Source: Candidatus Undivivens industriae
GTDB lineage: Bacteria; Omnitrophota; Gorgyraeia; Gygaellales; Profunditerraquicolaceae
Assembly (NCBI GenBank): GCA_012514745.1
Contig: JAAYZR010000002.1
Location: forward strand, 104,962-168,961
Direction: 5' to 3'
Length of the DNA stretch: 64,000 bases
Position 1 is the first letter of the stretch. Every line of letters starts with the position of its first letter. Positions 38,402 to 48,251 of this stretch are shown piece after piece. The notes under the pieces were generated by a model. The model was not told the origin of the DNA and did no database searches. It saw nothing but the letters and a program-made list of their open reading frames with translations. A program made the position numbers and the translations under genes.

Positions 38402-38488
38402 GCGCACCCCTCCGGCGCATCTTGCGCGTAACCGGTGTCAACGCAAAGAGATGTATTCCGGCCATCGCGACAATAAACTTTTTTTAAC

Positions 38489-38517
38489 TTGACTTGAAGG
38501 GTATTTGGTAGTATAAA
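38489..38517 (+). promoter_or_regulatory. sigma70-type promoter TTGACT-17-TATAAA upstream of the ROK regulator gene
   Basis: TTGACT at 38489-38494, TATAAA at 38512-38517. Confidence 0.5.
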
Positions 38518-38573
38518 ATTAAATAAAAATACCTTTCGGAAAGGGTTCTGACAACCTGGAAAGGCTGCCTGCA

Positions 38574-39809
38574 ATGCTTTCTGTAGACTTACACAGGGAA
38601 GATTACTCTGAAAAGGAAAAGCGCAATATTGAGATCCTCGAGATCTTGAGAAGGCGCGGCCCCATCAGTCGTCCGGACATCTCCAAAGAGATGGGGATCA
38701 ACGTCGTTACGATTTCCAATTACATAGACGATTATATAAAACGCGGCCTGGTTTACGAGAAAGAGCTTGATATCTCTGAAGGCGGCCGCAGGCCGGCTTT
38801 GCTGGAGCTTAATTCTCAATCCGGGTATATCATCGGCGTCGGGCTCAACTTGTTGAACATGGTCGGGCTGTTGGTGGATATGAAGGGCAACATCGTTACC
38901 AAGACGCAGATAGCCAGCCCGCGCTCGTCGGTGAAAGATGTTACCGAGGCGGTGCTGGAGATAATCCGCGAGATATTGAGACGTTCCAAGTCGTATGTCC
39001 CGGCAATCAAGGGGATAGGCGTCGGCATCGCGGGGCTGGTGAACAAGAAAGACGGCAGCATACACTGGCCGCAGAGGGTGGATCATTCCTACGCCTACGT
39101 TTCCGTGGACCTGCCGCTGCGGGAAATAATCGAGAAGGAATTCGACCTGCCGGTGTTGATAGAGAACGACGCCACCGCCGCCTGTTTCGGTGAGAATTGG
39201 CTTAACCTCGGGCGCGGTTACAGAAACATCATCTATATGTTCTCCGGCGTCGGATGCGGAATCGTCATAAACGGCGAGATCTATACCGGTTCCAACGGAT
39301 ACGCCGGAGAAGTCTCCATATATAATTATTCCAAGGATTCCGTTTTTAATTGTGAAGCAGGAGATCCGTGTTTTCTCAAACGCTGGGAAATGGATCTGGG
39401 TATTACGGCTGAACTAAATAAACTGCTTAAGGCCGACAAGAAGGCGGAGACGGAGTTTTTGAAAACCGCCGGCTGCGGGCTTGAAGACGCCGGCCTGAAG
39501 AACATTTTTGCCGCCGCGAAAGCCGGCGATAAATCTGCGCGCAAAGCGCTGGACGCCGCCGCGGTCAAACTCGGCATAAAGATCGCATCTCTGGTCAATC
39601 TGCTGAACCCCCAGGTGGTCATCATAGGCGGCGGCATGGAAGAAGCCGGGGAGGACTTTTTGAATGAGGTAACCCAGACGGTGAAACAATGGGCGTTCCG
39701 GCAGGTGAGCGATAACCTGAAGATCGTTTATTCTCAACTGCGGGAGAACTCCGTGGCCTCCGGCGCGGCGAGTCTCGTAATGCAGAAAGTATTCGCGAGA
39801 ATACTATAG
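38574..39809 (+). CDS. ROK-family transcriptional regulator / sugar kinase (NagC/Mlc-like)
   Basis: N-terminal HTH plus ROK sugar-kinase fold (GVGLN...GIGVGIAGLV). Confidence 0.8.
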   Translation: MLSVDLHREDYSEKEKRNIEILEILRRRGPISRPDISKEMGINVVTISNYIDDYIKRGLVYEKELDISEGGRRPALLELNSQSGYIIGVGLNLLNMVGLLVDMKGNIVTKTQIASPRSSVKDVTEAVLEIIREILRRSKSYVPAIKGIGVGIAGLVNKKDGSIHWPQRVDHSYAYVSVDLPLREIIEKEFDLPVLIENDATAACFGENWLNLGRGYRNIIYMFSGVGCGIVINGEIYTGSNGYAGEVSIYNYSKDSVFNCEAGDPCFLKRWEMDLGITAELNKLLKADKKAETEFLKTAGCGLEDAGLKNIFAAAKAGDKSARKALDAAAVKLGIKIASLVNLLNPQVVIIGGGMEEAGEDFLNEVTQTVKQWAFRQVSDNLKIVYSQLRENSVASGAASLVMQKVFARIL

Positions 39810-39817
39810 GAGGCGGG

Positions 39818-40624
39818 TTGGAAGGTAAACTGAAGATAGTGTTGGTAGCGGTTACCGTAATCCTGGCGGCCAGTTTTTTCGTTAATCTCAGGCTTCTCGG
39901 TATAAAAAGGTCGCTTGAGATGGAACGGGATTCTCTCAAGCAGGAAATCGCCGCCTTGAATAAGAAAATAGAAGAGGGCATTGCCGAGAGGAAGAAGCTG
40001 CAGGATCGCGTCCAGGAGCTCGGCGCCGCCAACGATCAGCTTACCCGCGAAAAAGACGAGTTGAGCCAGCAGTGCAATATGCTGATGGAGGCCAGGGACA
40101 GTCTCACCCAGCAGCTTCAGCAGGCTAACGAGAACCTGGAGCGGGAAGTAAAGATGCGCGCTTATTTCGAGGGGCGGCTCGGCGAGTCGCAGAATGAAAA
40201 CGGACGCTTGAAGAATAAGAATTCAGAACTTGAGATAGTGCTTAAGGACAGCCTCGTCAAGATAGAAAAACTGAAAAAACAGCTGCATTTCGCCAGATTG
40301 AGCGCGACCGTTCCCCCGGCCCCTTCCACGGACGGGAATGCCGTGGAACTGCCTCCTATTTCCGTCTCTCCCCAATCGCAGAAGTATCTCGAGGAGACGT
40401 CTCCCCGCATCGGGAAAGTGGTGTCCGTCAATAAAGAGAACAATTTCGCGGTCATAAACCTCGGCGCCAATTCCGGGATAAGAGTCGGCGATTCCTTTTC
40501 CGTGCGCAGGGGGCGCAACAGCATCGCTACCCTTAAAGTCATACAGACCAGGAATTCTGTGGCTGCCTGCGATATCGTCAGTCAGGCCATCCCTCTGAAG
40601 ATCGGTGACCAGATAGCCCAATAA
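39818..40624 (+). CDS. membrane-anchored coiled-coil protein
   Basis: TTG start with TAGGAGG RBS. N-terminal TM helix, about 150 aa of heptad-rich sequence, and a C-terminal beta-rich domain. Confidence 0.45.
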   Translation: MEGKLKIVLVAVTVILAASFFVNLRLLGIKRSLEMERDSLKQEIAALNKKIEEGIAERKKLQDRVQELGAANDQLTREKDELSQQCNMLMEARDSLTQQLQQANENLEREVKMRAYFEGRLGESQNENGRLKNKNSELEIVLKDSLVKIEKLKKQLHFARLSATVPPAPSTDGNAVELPPISVSPQSQKYLEETSPRIGKVVSVNKENNFAVINLGANSGIRVGDSFSVRRGRNSIATLKVIQTRNSVAACDIVSQAIPLKIGDQIAQ

Positions 40625-40646
40625 GAAGCTTTATCCGTCTATTGTT

Positions 40647-41681
40647 ATGGTGAGGTCCAGCAATAAATCATCACAGACTATTTCCATCAAGGATGTCGCC
40701 AAACGGTGCGGAGTATCCATTACCACCGTCTCCCGCGTTATAAATAAGGTCCCCACCGTCAAAGACGAGAACCGCCGGAAAGTCCTCAAAGCCGTCAAGG
40801 AACTCGATTTTCACCCTTCCGTGTTGGCACAGCGTCTTGCGACCGGGCACAGCAATGTCGTCGCCCTGGTGATACCGCGATATGAAGGGATCTTTTACTC
40901 TTTCTACGCCTTGGAACTGATCCGCGGCATCGGGGCGTTGTGCGAGGCTTTCAAGCTCGACCTGCTGCTGCATTTGACGTCGGGAGGGACGCCCCTGAAT
41001 ATCAAGGGGGTCGGCGGATTTATCTTCGCTGATATCATCGGCAATCGCAGACAGCTTGAGGACGCGTTCAACAGTAAATTGCCGGTGGTGGTGATCAATA
41101 ATTATATAGACGATATGGACGTCAACTGTATTGCCGTGGACAACGAGGGAGGGGCGGAAAAAGCGGTGGATTACCTGATAAATCTGGGGCACCGCAAGAT
41201 CGCCCATATAACCGGAGACCTCGCAACCCAGGCCGCGTCGCTGCGTTATAACGGGTATAAAGACGCGCTGCGTAAGAATGGCCTGCCGCTGAACGAAGAA
41301 TATGTTTTTCAGACGGATTATTCCCGTGGCCGGGCGAGGGAAGCCGCGGAGAGGCTTATGGCGCTGGCAGAACCGGTGAGCGCGGTGTTCGTGGCCTCCG
41401 ATTCCATGGCGCTGGAAGTGATGGCCGTGGTAAGAGAAAGAGGCGGGAAGATACCCGACGATCTGTCTATCGTGGGATTCGACGATAACCCTTCGGGGCT
41501 CTACGGTCCGGTTGCCCTGACCACCATAAAGCAGCCATTGATACAAATGGCGCAGGAGAGCATTAAAGAACTGAACAGTCTTATGAGCAGCCGCGAGCCT
41601 ATGCCCGCCAAGAAGATATTCCTGCCGACGGAATTGATCATCAGAGAATCCTGCCGGCCTCTGTCCGTTCAGTTACAATAG
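40647..41681 (+). CDS. LacI-family transcriptional regulator
   Basis: HTH ISIKDVAKRCGVSITTVSRVIN plus periplasmic-binding-protein fold. Confidence 0.85.
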   Translation: MVRSSNKSSQTISIKDVAKRCGVSITTVSRVINKVPTVKDENRRKVLKAVKELDFHPSVLAQRLATGHSNVVALVIPRYEGIFYSFYALELIRGIGALCEAFKLDLLLHLTSGGTPLNIKGVGGFIFADIIGNRRQLEDAFNSKLPVVVINNYIDDMDVNCIAVDNEGGAEKAVDYLINLGHRKIAHITGDLATQAASLRYNGYKDALRKNGLPLNEEYVFQTDYSRGRAREAAERLMALAEPVSAVFVASDSMALEVMAVVRERGGKIPDDLSIVGFDDNPSGLYGPVALTTIKQPLIQMAQESIKELNSLMSSREPMPAKKIFLPTELIIRESCRPLSVQLQ

Positions 41682-41723
41682 ATTGTATGCGGCAATAAAC
41701 TGCATACAAGATGTAGTATTCTA

Positions 41724-41752
41724 TTGACACGTTTTTGCTGCAGTGTTATAGT
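41724..41752 (+). promoter_or_regulatory. sigma70-type promoter TTGACA-17-TATAGT upstream of nrdJ
   Basis: TTGACA at 41724-41729, TATAGT at 41747-41752. Confidence 0.5.
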
Positions 41753-41849
41753 GATACCCTCAACTTGTCGTTCTCGCGTAGGGTCGGGTCCATAACGCCG
41801 TTTGGAATTAGGACGGCCGGTCAGGAACAGAATAATGGGAGGTGTGGAA

Positions 41850-44162
41850 ATGGCGTTTCAGCTGTCGGAGAATTCTCTCAGGGTCCTGGAAAGGCGTTAT
41901 CTCAAGAAAAATACCGAGGGGAAGGTCGTGGAAACCCCGGAAGAGATGTTCAGGCGCGTGGCGCGCGCCATCGCTTCCGCGGAGAAGGCTTATGGAAAGA
42001 CTGATAAAGACATAACCGCGCTGGAGAATTCGTTCTACAACATGATGACCTCCCTGGAATTTTTGCCCAATTCTCCGTGCCTGATGAACGCCGGCAGGGA
42101 ATTGGGGCAGTTGAGCGCCTGTTTTACCCTTCCCATAGAAGACTCGATGGAATCGATTTTTGAGACCCTTAAGGCCACCGCTATAATCCATAAATCAGGC
42201 GGCGGGACGGGATTCTCTTTTTCCCGCCTGCGTCCGAAGAATGCTGTAGTGAAGACCACCGGCGGGGTCGCTTCCGGACCGGTTTCCTTTATGAGGGTTT
42301 ACGACGCCGCAACCGAGGCCGTAAAACAGGGCGGGACCAGACGCGGCGCCAACATGGGCATTTTGCGGGTCGATCATCCCGATATCCTGGAATTCATCTG
42401 CTGTAAGGAGAATAACAGGGAGATAAATAATTTCAACATTTCGGTGGCGATCACCGACGAATTCATGAGAAAAGTGGAGAGCGGAGAGAATTATGATCTC
42501 ATAGATCCGTACACCAAAAAGTCCGTCTCCAGCGTTAATGCCGGTGAGGTGTTCGATCTGATAGTAAAGCAGGCGCATAAAAACGGCGAACCCGGAATAA
42601 TCTTTATAGACCGCATAAATCAGCATAACCCTACTCCCGCCCTCGGCATGATGGAAAGCACCAATCCCTGCGGAGAACAGCCGCTTTTGCCCTATGAAAG
42701 CTGCGATCTGGGGTCGATCAACCTCGCCGTTATGTCCCGGAAGTCCTCTTCGGGTGCGCTTGAAGTGGACTGGGAACGCCTCAGGAGCGCCGTCAGACTG
42801 GGAGTGCATTTCCTCGATAATCTTATAGACGTTAACCGTTTTCCTCTCCAGCAGATCGAGAAAGCCACCAAGCAGACGCGTAAAGTCGGTCTCGGCGTGA
42901 TGGGTTGGGCTACGTTACTGGTGCGGCTCGGCCTGGCATACGATTCGCAGGAGGCCGTGGATCTGGCGGAAAAGGTGATGTCTTTCATCCTCGAGGAATC
43001 GTTGTCCAAGTCGCAGGAACTGGCGGCCTCAAAAGGCGTATTCCCGTCCTTTAAAGGCAGCATTTACGACTCGGCCGGCAAAAACGGCAAGAGATTGCGC
43101 AACGCCACATTGACGACCATAGCGCCCACCGGGACCATAAGCATCATCGCCGGTCCGTGTTCTTCCGGTATAGAGCCGATGTTCGCAGTGGCTTATTACC
43201 GCAACGTTATGGACAACGACAAGCTCTTCGAAGTGGACCCGCTTTTCGAGGAGACCGCGCGGAAACGCGGTTTCTACAGCAAAGAACTTATGGAGGAAGT
43301 CGCCGCGCATTCTTCACTGCGCGACGTCAAGGGGATACCGGAGGACGTGAAAAGGACCTTTGTTACCGCGCATGATATATCCCCGGAATGGCACGTGCGT
43401 ATGCAGGCGGCATTTCAGAAGTTCGTGCATAACGCCACCTCGAAGACCATAAATTTTCCGCATGAAGCCGAAGTGGAATCGGTGCGCAAGGCCTATCTTC
43501 TGGCTTTCGAGCTCGGCTGTAAAGGGATCACAATTTACCGGGACGGCAGCAGGGAAGAACAGGTGTTGAACGTGGGCGGGAGGGACGGCGGCAAGGCCGG
43601 CCGCGACATAACGGCAGACCAGTCCTGCGAAGCGGAAGGGATAGCGCCGCGCCCCAGGCCGGAAGTCATCCAGGGAACCACCACTAAAGTGGCCACCGGA
43701 TGCGGGAATCTTTACGTGACGATCAATATAGACCGGGACGGCAGGCCGTTCGAGCTGTTCACCCAGATGGGGAAGGCTGGCGGGTGCGCTTCCTCGCAGC
43801 TGGAAGCGGTCGGCAGACTGGTTTCTCTGGCTTTCCGTTCCGGCATAGAGGTTAAAGCTATTATAGAACAGTTAAGAAATATTCGTTGTCCCAGCCCTTC
43901 CTGGGAGAAAGGCCAGAGGATTTTTTCCTGCGCCGACGCCATCGCCCGGGTGGTCGAAAAGCGCCTTACGGCAGAGGTCGTGGGTTCGGCGGTTACGGCC
44001 GGAGAAACGGAATCCTTCATTAAGCATTCATGTGAAGAGGACGTTCAGTCCGGCGATAAGCCCCGGGGTGAGATCGTGGGCGTTTGCCCGGACTGCGGCG
44101 GCGCGCTCTGGCATGAGGAGGGATGCATGAAATGCCAGGCTTGCGGTTTTTCCAAGTGCTAA
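41850..44162 (+). CDS. nrdJ: adenosylcobalamin-dependent ribonucleotide reductase (class II)
   Basis: Active-site region TNPCGEQPLLPYESCDLGS and a C-terminal CxxC..CxxC zinc ribbon. Start set at ATG 41850 with GGGAGGTG RBS. Confidence 0.85.
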   Translation: MAFQLSENSLRVLERRYLKKNTEGKVVETPEEMFRRVARAIASAEKAYGKTDKDITALENSFYNMMTSLEFLPNSPCLMNAGRELGQLSACFTLPIEDSMESIFETLKATAIIHKSGGGTGFSFSRLRPKNAVVKTTGGVASGPVSFMRVYDAATEAVKQGGTRRGANMGILRVDHPDILEFICCKENNREINNFNISVAITDEFMRKVESGENYDLIDPYTKKSVSSVNAGEVFDLIVKQAHKNGEPGIIFIDRINQHNPTPALGMMESTNPCGEQPLLPYESCDLGSINLAVMSRKSSSGALEVDWERLRSAVRLGVHFLDNLIDVNRFPLQQIEKATKQTRKVGLGVMGWATLLVRLGLAYDSQEAVDLAEKVMSFILEESLSKSQELAASKGVFPSFKGSIYDSAGKNGKRLRNATLTTIAPTGTISIIAGPCSSGIEPMFAVAYYRNVMDNDKLFEVDPLFEETARKRGFYSKELMEEVAAHSSLRDVKGIPEDVKRTFVTAHDISPEWHVRMQAAFQKFVHNATSKTINFPHEAEVESVRKAYLLAFELGCKGITIYRDGSREEQVLNVGGRDGGKAGRDITADQSCEAEGIAPRPRPEVIQGTTTKVATGCGNLYVTINIDRDGRPFELFTQMGKAGGCASSQLEAVGRLVSLAFRSGIEVKAIIEQLRNIRCPSPSWEKGQRIFSCADAIARVVEKRLTAEVVGSAVTAGETESFIKHSCEEDVQSGDKPRGEIVGVCPDCGGALWHEEGCMKCQACGFSKC

Positions 44163-44200
44163 AAAGCCGGATGGCCTGACAATAGGCGTATTTCTTGATG

Positions 44201-44235
44201 CCGTGGACAACTCTGTATCGGAGCTGTCCACGGCA
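44201..44235 (+). terminator. 10-bp perfect hairpin GCCGTGGACA..TGTCCACGGC downstream of nrdJ (terminator-like, weak U-tract)
   Basis: Perfect inverted repeat with a 15-nt loop. Confidence 0.4.
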
Positions 44236-44275
44236 TTATTGCTTGCGAGCGCGGATCAATCCCCTGCATAAATAT

Positions 44276-46192
44276 ATGAAAAGTGATTATGATGTTATAG
44301 TCGTCGGTGCCGGGCATGCCGGTATAGAGGCCGCCCTGGCGGTTTCCCGCATGGGCCGCCGGTGTCTTATGCTGACGCTGGATCCCGGCAATACCGGGTT
44401 GATGAGCTGCAATCCCGCCATCGGCGGAGTCGGGAAAGGCCAACTGGTCAGGGAAATCGACGCGCTCGGCGGAGAAATGGGTAAAGCGGCAGACGCCTGC
44501 GGCATACAATTCCGCGTGCTCAACGCTTCCAAAGGTCCGGCCGTGCAGTCGTCGCGCGCCCAGATCGATAAAGAAGAATACCGCGGGTATATGTGTTCCG
44601 CCGTGAAGAACCAGGAGGGGCTTGAGGTGAAGGCGGAGGAGGCGTCCGGACTTTTGCTTGTTTCCGGAGGATGCCGCGGCGTTCGCACCGCCTCCGGTGC
44701 CGAGATCACAGCCGGGTCCGTGGTCCTCTGCTTGGGGACATTCCCTGAGGGGACTATCCATATAGGACTGCGTAGCTTCCCCGGCGGCCGCATAAACGAG
44801 CCGGCTTCGGCGGGATTAACCGCTTCTTTGCGCTCGGCGGGGCTCAAGACGTTGCGTTTCAAGACCGGGACCTGCCCCAGGCTAAGACGTTCAAGCATAG
44901 ATTATTCATCTTTGGCCGCGCAGGAGGGGGATCCCGTGCCCAGACCGTTTTCCTTTTCTTCCGCCTCGATACGGCGCCGGCAGGTTCCCTGTTACATAAC
45001 TTATACCAATTCCGATACGCACAGAATCATACGCGGGAATCTTGACCGCTCCCCTCTTTATACCGGCCGCATACACGCCGCGGGGGTGAGATATTGTCCT
45101 TCCATAGAGGATAAGATAGTGAGGTTCGCATCCAAGGAACGCCACCAGGTTTTTCTGGAACCTGAAGGGATGGAGAGCGAAGAGATATATCCGAACGGCC
45201 TTTCGACCAGCCTGCCGGAGGACGTGCAGCTGCTGATGTTGCATTCCGTCCAGGGACTGGAAAAAGCGGAAATCCTTAGGCCCGGTTACGGGATAGAACA
45301 TACCGTGGTGGACCCGACGCAGCTCTACCCCACGCTGGAGGCAAAAGACATCCCCGGACTTTTTCTGGCCGGGCAGATAAACGGCACCACCGGTTACGAG
45401 GAGGCGGCCGGCCAGGGTATTATTGCCGGTATCAACGCCGCCTTGAAGGCGGGAGGAGGAAGACCTTTCATCCTTGACCGGGCCGGCAGTTATATCGGCG
45501 TGCTTATCGACGATTTAGTTACCAAGGGAACCCCGGAGCCGTACCGTATGTTTACCTCCCGTGTGGAATACAGGCTGATATTAAGAGAGGATAATGCCGA
45601 TATCAGGCTGTCGGCGGAAGGGTACAGGCTCGGTTTGGTGCCGAAGGATGCTTTTATGCGCGCGAAAGAACGGGCGGAGGCTTTGCTTTCGGCTCCCGCG
45701 ATACTGCGCCGCCGGCGCGTCAATCCTTCGGCCGGCAACCGCGAACTGTTCCGGAAAAAAGGGCTGGGTCCGCTGGAAAAAAGCGTATCGGCGGATGTTT
45801 TGTTGAGAAGACCGGGAACGGATTTCACGCTCCTGAAAGAAATAGGGGTGGACATTTCCGCCGTTCCGCCCTCGGCGCGCGGGCTTATCGAGACCGAAAT
45901 CAAATACGCAGGATTCATAAAAAGGCAGGAAGCCGAAGTCCAGCGTTTCCGCAATCTGGAGAAAATCAACCTTCCCGGCAGTATCGATTACCGCCTTATC
46001 TGCGGGATCTCCCGTGAGATCAGCGAGAAACTCAGCTTTTTCAGGCCGGTCAATCTCGGCCAGGCCTCCCGGATATCGGGAGTAACTCCGGCGGCGGTAT
46101 CCCTGATCATGATTTATTTGAGAAAATTAAGCCTTGCGGAGAAAGAAAAGACCGAAGGGAGACACGAAAGAAAGGGGGCCCGGCTTGGATAA
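44276..46192 (+). CDS. mnmG: tRNA uridine 5-carboxymethylaminomethyl modification enzyme
   Basis: N-terminal FAD site [15 protein letters not shown] and GidA family features throughout. Confidence 0.9.
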   Translation: MKSDYDVIVVGAGHAGIEAALAVSRMGRRCLMLTLDPGNTGLMSCNPAIGGVGKGQLVREIDALGGEMGKAADACGIQFRVLNASKGPAVQSSRAQIDKEEYRGYMCSAVKNQEGLEVKAEEASGLLLVSGGCRGVRTASGAEITAGSVVLCLGTFPEGTIHIGLRSFPGGRINEPASAGLTASLRSAGLKTLRFKTGTCPRLRRSSIDYSSLAAQEGDPVPRPFSFSSASIRRRQVPCYITYTNSDTHRIIRGNLDRSPLYTGRIHAAGVRYCPSIEDKIVRFASKERHQVFLEPEGMESEEIYPNGLSTSLPEDVQLLMLHSVQGLEKAEILRPGYGIEHTVVDPTQLYPTLEAKDIPGLFLAGQINGTTGYEEAAGQGIIAGINAALKAGGGRPFILDRAGSYIGVLIDDLVTKGTPEPYRMFTSRVEYRLILREDNADIRLSAEGYRLGLVPKDAFMRAKERAEALLSAPAILRRRRVNPSAGNRELFRKKGLGPLEKSVSADVLLRRPGTDFTLLKEIGVDISAVPPSARGLIETEIKYAGFIKRQEAEVQRFRNLEKINLPGSIDYRLICGISREISEKLSFFRPVNLGQASRISGVTPAAVSLIMIYLRKLSLAEKEKTEGRHERKGARLG

Positions 46193-46859
46193 AGAATACG
46201 CCGGATTGAAGGAATTCGCGTTGTTCTGGGGAGCCGATCTTTTCGGGGTGGCGGATATCTCCGGCAGCGAGGAAATATACGGAGAGTCCCCGTCGATAAA
46301 GGTAAGGCTGCCGAGGGCGGTATGCCTGGGAGCGGCGCTGTCTTCGGCCGTGCTGGAAGAAATCGAGCAGCATCCCACAAAACTGTATTTTCATCATTAC
46401 CGCAGCGTGAATATCCTGCTTGATCAGCTTTCGCTGCGTATCTGTCGTTACCTGGAAAACAAAGGTCGGCGGGCCGTGCCGATCCCCGCTTCGCAGATCG
46501 TGGATTGGGAAAAACAGCGCGGCCATCTCTCGCATAAAAGCGTTGCCTCCGCCGCCGGTTTGGGATGGATAGGAAGGAATAACCTGCTGGTAACTAAGAA
46601 ATTCGGCAGCCGGGTCAGGCTCGCCACCGTGCTTACCGATATGCTTCTTCCGGCGGACGGGCCAGGCGGGGAGGGGTGCGGTTCCTGCCGTGCCTGCGTG
46701 AGTCTTTGTCCGGCCGGAGCGATAAAGGGATCGCCGGCTGAATTCGACCACATCAAATGCTTCGAGAAACTCAAGGAATTCCAGAAGGCCAGGCTGGCGG
46801 ATCAGTATATTTGCGGTATCTGCGTCAGGCATTGCAAAGGTGCCGGGGAACGGGATTGA
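46185..46859 (+). CDS. short QueG-like (epoxyqueuosine reductase family) 4Fe-4S protein
   Basis: [13 protein letters not shown] and [12 protein letters not shown] resemble QueG, but the protein is about 225 aa. There is no in-frame ATG; the start is TTG at 46185 or 46134. Confidence 0.5.
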   Translation: MDKEYAGLKEFALFWGADLFGVADISGSEEIYGESPSIKVRLPRAVCLGAALSSAVLEEIEQHPTKLYFHHYRSVNILLDQLSLRICRYLENKGRRAVPIPASQIVDWEKQRGHLSHKSVASAAGLGWIGRNNLLVTKKFGSRVRLATVLTDMLLPADGPGGEGCGSCRACVSLCPAGAIKGSPAEFDHIKCFEKLKEFQKARLADQYICGICVRHCKGAGERD

Positions 46860-46884
46860 CCTGACAAATGGCGGATGTTATAAT
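46856..46884 (+). promoter_or_regulatory. near-consensus sigma70 promoter TTGACC-17-TATAAT upstream of nadE
   Basis: TTGACC at 46856-46861, TATAAT at 46879-46884. Confidence 0.55.
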
Positions 46885-46900
46885 ATACAAATTATAAAAG

Positions 46901-47680
46901 ATGAAAGCGGAGATCGAAGGCTGGATACGGGAACGCATTAAAAGCGCGGGGGCTAAAGGGGCGCTGGTAGGTTTAAGCGGGGGAATAGACTCTTCCGTGG
47001 CTGCCGCCCTGTTATGTTCCTCCCTCGGCAGAAAACGGGTTTTGGCTTTGATACTGCCCGCGCACAGTTCGCGTCAGGACGCGGAGGACGCGGAGTTGAT
47101 AGTTTCCAGATTCCGCCTGCGGTCGTTGACGGTGGATATCTCCAAGATATACGACCTTTTGCTGAAAAAAATGCTTCTTCCTCCGGGGTTAAACGCCGCG
47201 AAGCAGCGCGAGAAGACCGCCGGAGCCAATCTGAAATCGAGGCTCAGGATGTCCGTCTTTTATTATTACGCGAACCGTCTGAATTATCTGGTGTGCGGGA
47301 CCGGCAACCGTTCCGAGATAATGACGGGTTATTTCACCAAATACGGGGACGGCGCCGCCGATATCCTTCCTCTCGGCGGGCTTCTGAAGCGTCAGGTGAG
47401 ATCGCTGGCGGAGGAACTGGGGGTGCCACGGCGTATAATAGATAAGCCCCCCAGCGCCGGGCTCTGGCCGGGCCAGACGGATGAGGCGGAAATGGGAGTG
47501 ACTTACGGAGAGATCGACGCAGTCCTCTCGGGTACCGCCGGAAGGAATAAAACGTTTTGCGGCGGGAAGACGGCATCGCGTATTCATAAAATGCGGTCGC
47601 TGTCCGAACATAAAAGAATGCCGGCCGCGGTTTTTATCCCTTCCGGGGGCGGCAAGCCGAACGCCGGGGAGCTTCATTAG
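46901..47680 (+). CDS. nadE: NH3-dependent NAD+ synthetase
   Basis: PP-loop GLSGGIDSS; single-domain form of about 260 aa. Confidence 0.8.
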   Translation: MKAEIEGWIRERIKSAGAKGALVGLSGGIDSSVAAALLCSSLGRKRVLALILPAHSSRQDAEDAELIVSRFRLRSLTVDISKIYDLLLKKMLLPPGLNAAKQREKTAGANLKSRLRMSVFYYYANRLNYLVCGTGNRSEIMTGYFTKYGDGAADILPLGGLLKRQVRSLAEELGVPRRIIDKPPSAGLWPGQTDEAEMGVTYGEIDAVLSGTAGRNKTFCGGKTASRIHKMRSLSEHKRMPAAVFIPSGGGKPNAGELH

Positions 47681-47738
47681 AGGTATAAGCCGGGGCAGAT
47701 TGCTGCCGGCGGACAACCATTACAAAGAAGAGGTGCGC

Positions 47739-48224
47739 ATGGACGAGATACTTGAAATACTCGAAAAAGACGGCAGGGCTACGGTGGAAGATATCTCCAG
47801 GATGCTGCGCAGAAAACCGGGAGCCGTGCGCAAGGCCATAAAAAAATACGAAAAAGACGGGATAATCCTGAGTTACAAGGCCGTGATCAACAAGGAAATG
47901 GTCAAGTATAAGAATTCCGGGGTCCGCGCCTTGATAGAGGTCAACATCACCCCTCAGAAAGACCTGGGATTCGACAAGATAGCCGAGAGGATCTATTCTT
48001 TCCCGGAGGTCGGCAGCTGTTATCTCATTTCCGGCACCTACGACCTCCTGCTGATAATCGAGGGAAGGGACCTGCACACGGTCTCCAAGTTTGTCTCGGA
48101 AAAACTCGCGCCGATGGAAAATATCCGAGGCGTGGTAACTCATTTTCTGCTGAAGAAATATAAAGAGGACGGGATGGTGTTGAAGCAGGTGCAGGAGAAC
48201 GAGCGTATCCCCATATCGTATTAA
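47739..48224 (+). CDS. Lrp/AsnC-family transcriptional regulator
   Basis: N-terminal HTH plus RAM domain; 161 aa from ATG 47739. Confidence 0.8.
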   Translation: MDEILEILEKDGRATVEDISRMLRRKPGAVRKAIKKYEKDGIILSYKAVINKEMVKYKNSGVRALIEVNITPQKDLGFDKIAERIYSFPEVGSCYLISGTYDLLLIIEGRDLHTVSKFVSEKLAPMENIRGVVTHFLLKKYKEDGMVLKQVQENERIPISY

Positions 48225-48251
48225 GCGTATCGTAACTGTAAAGGAGCGGCG

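Noticed and set aside
41753-41849. Cobalamin riboswitch or NrdR box upstream of nrdJ
   Set aside because: The leader is only about 100 nt and lacks the B12-box (GCCACTG) and the 16-bp NrdR palindromes.
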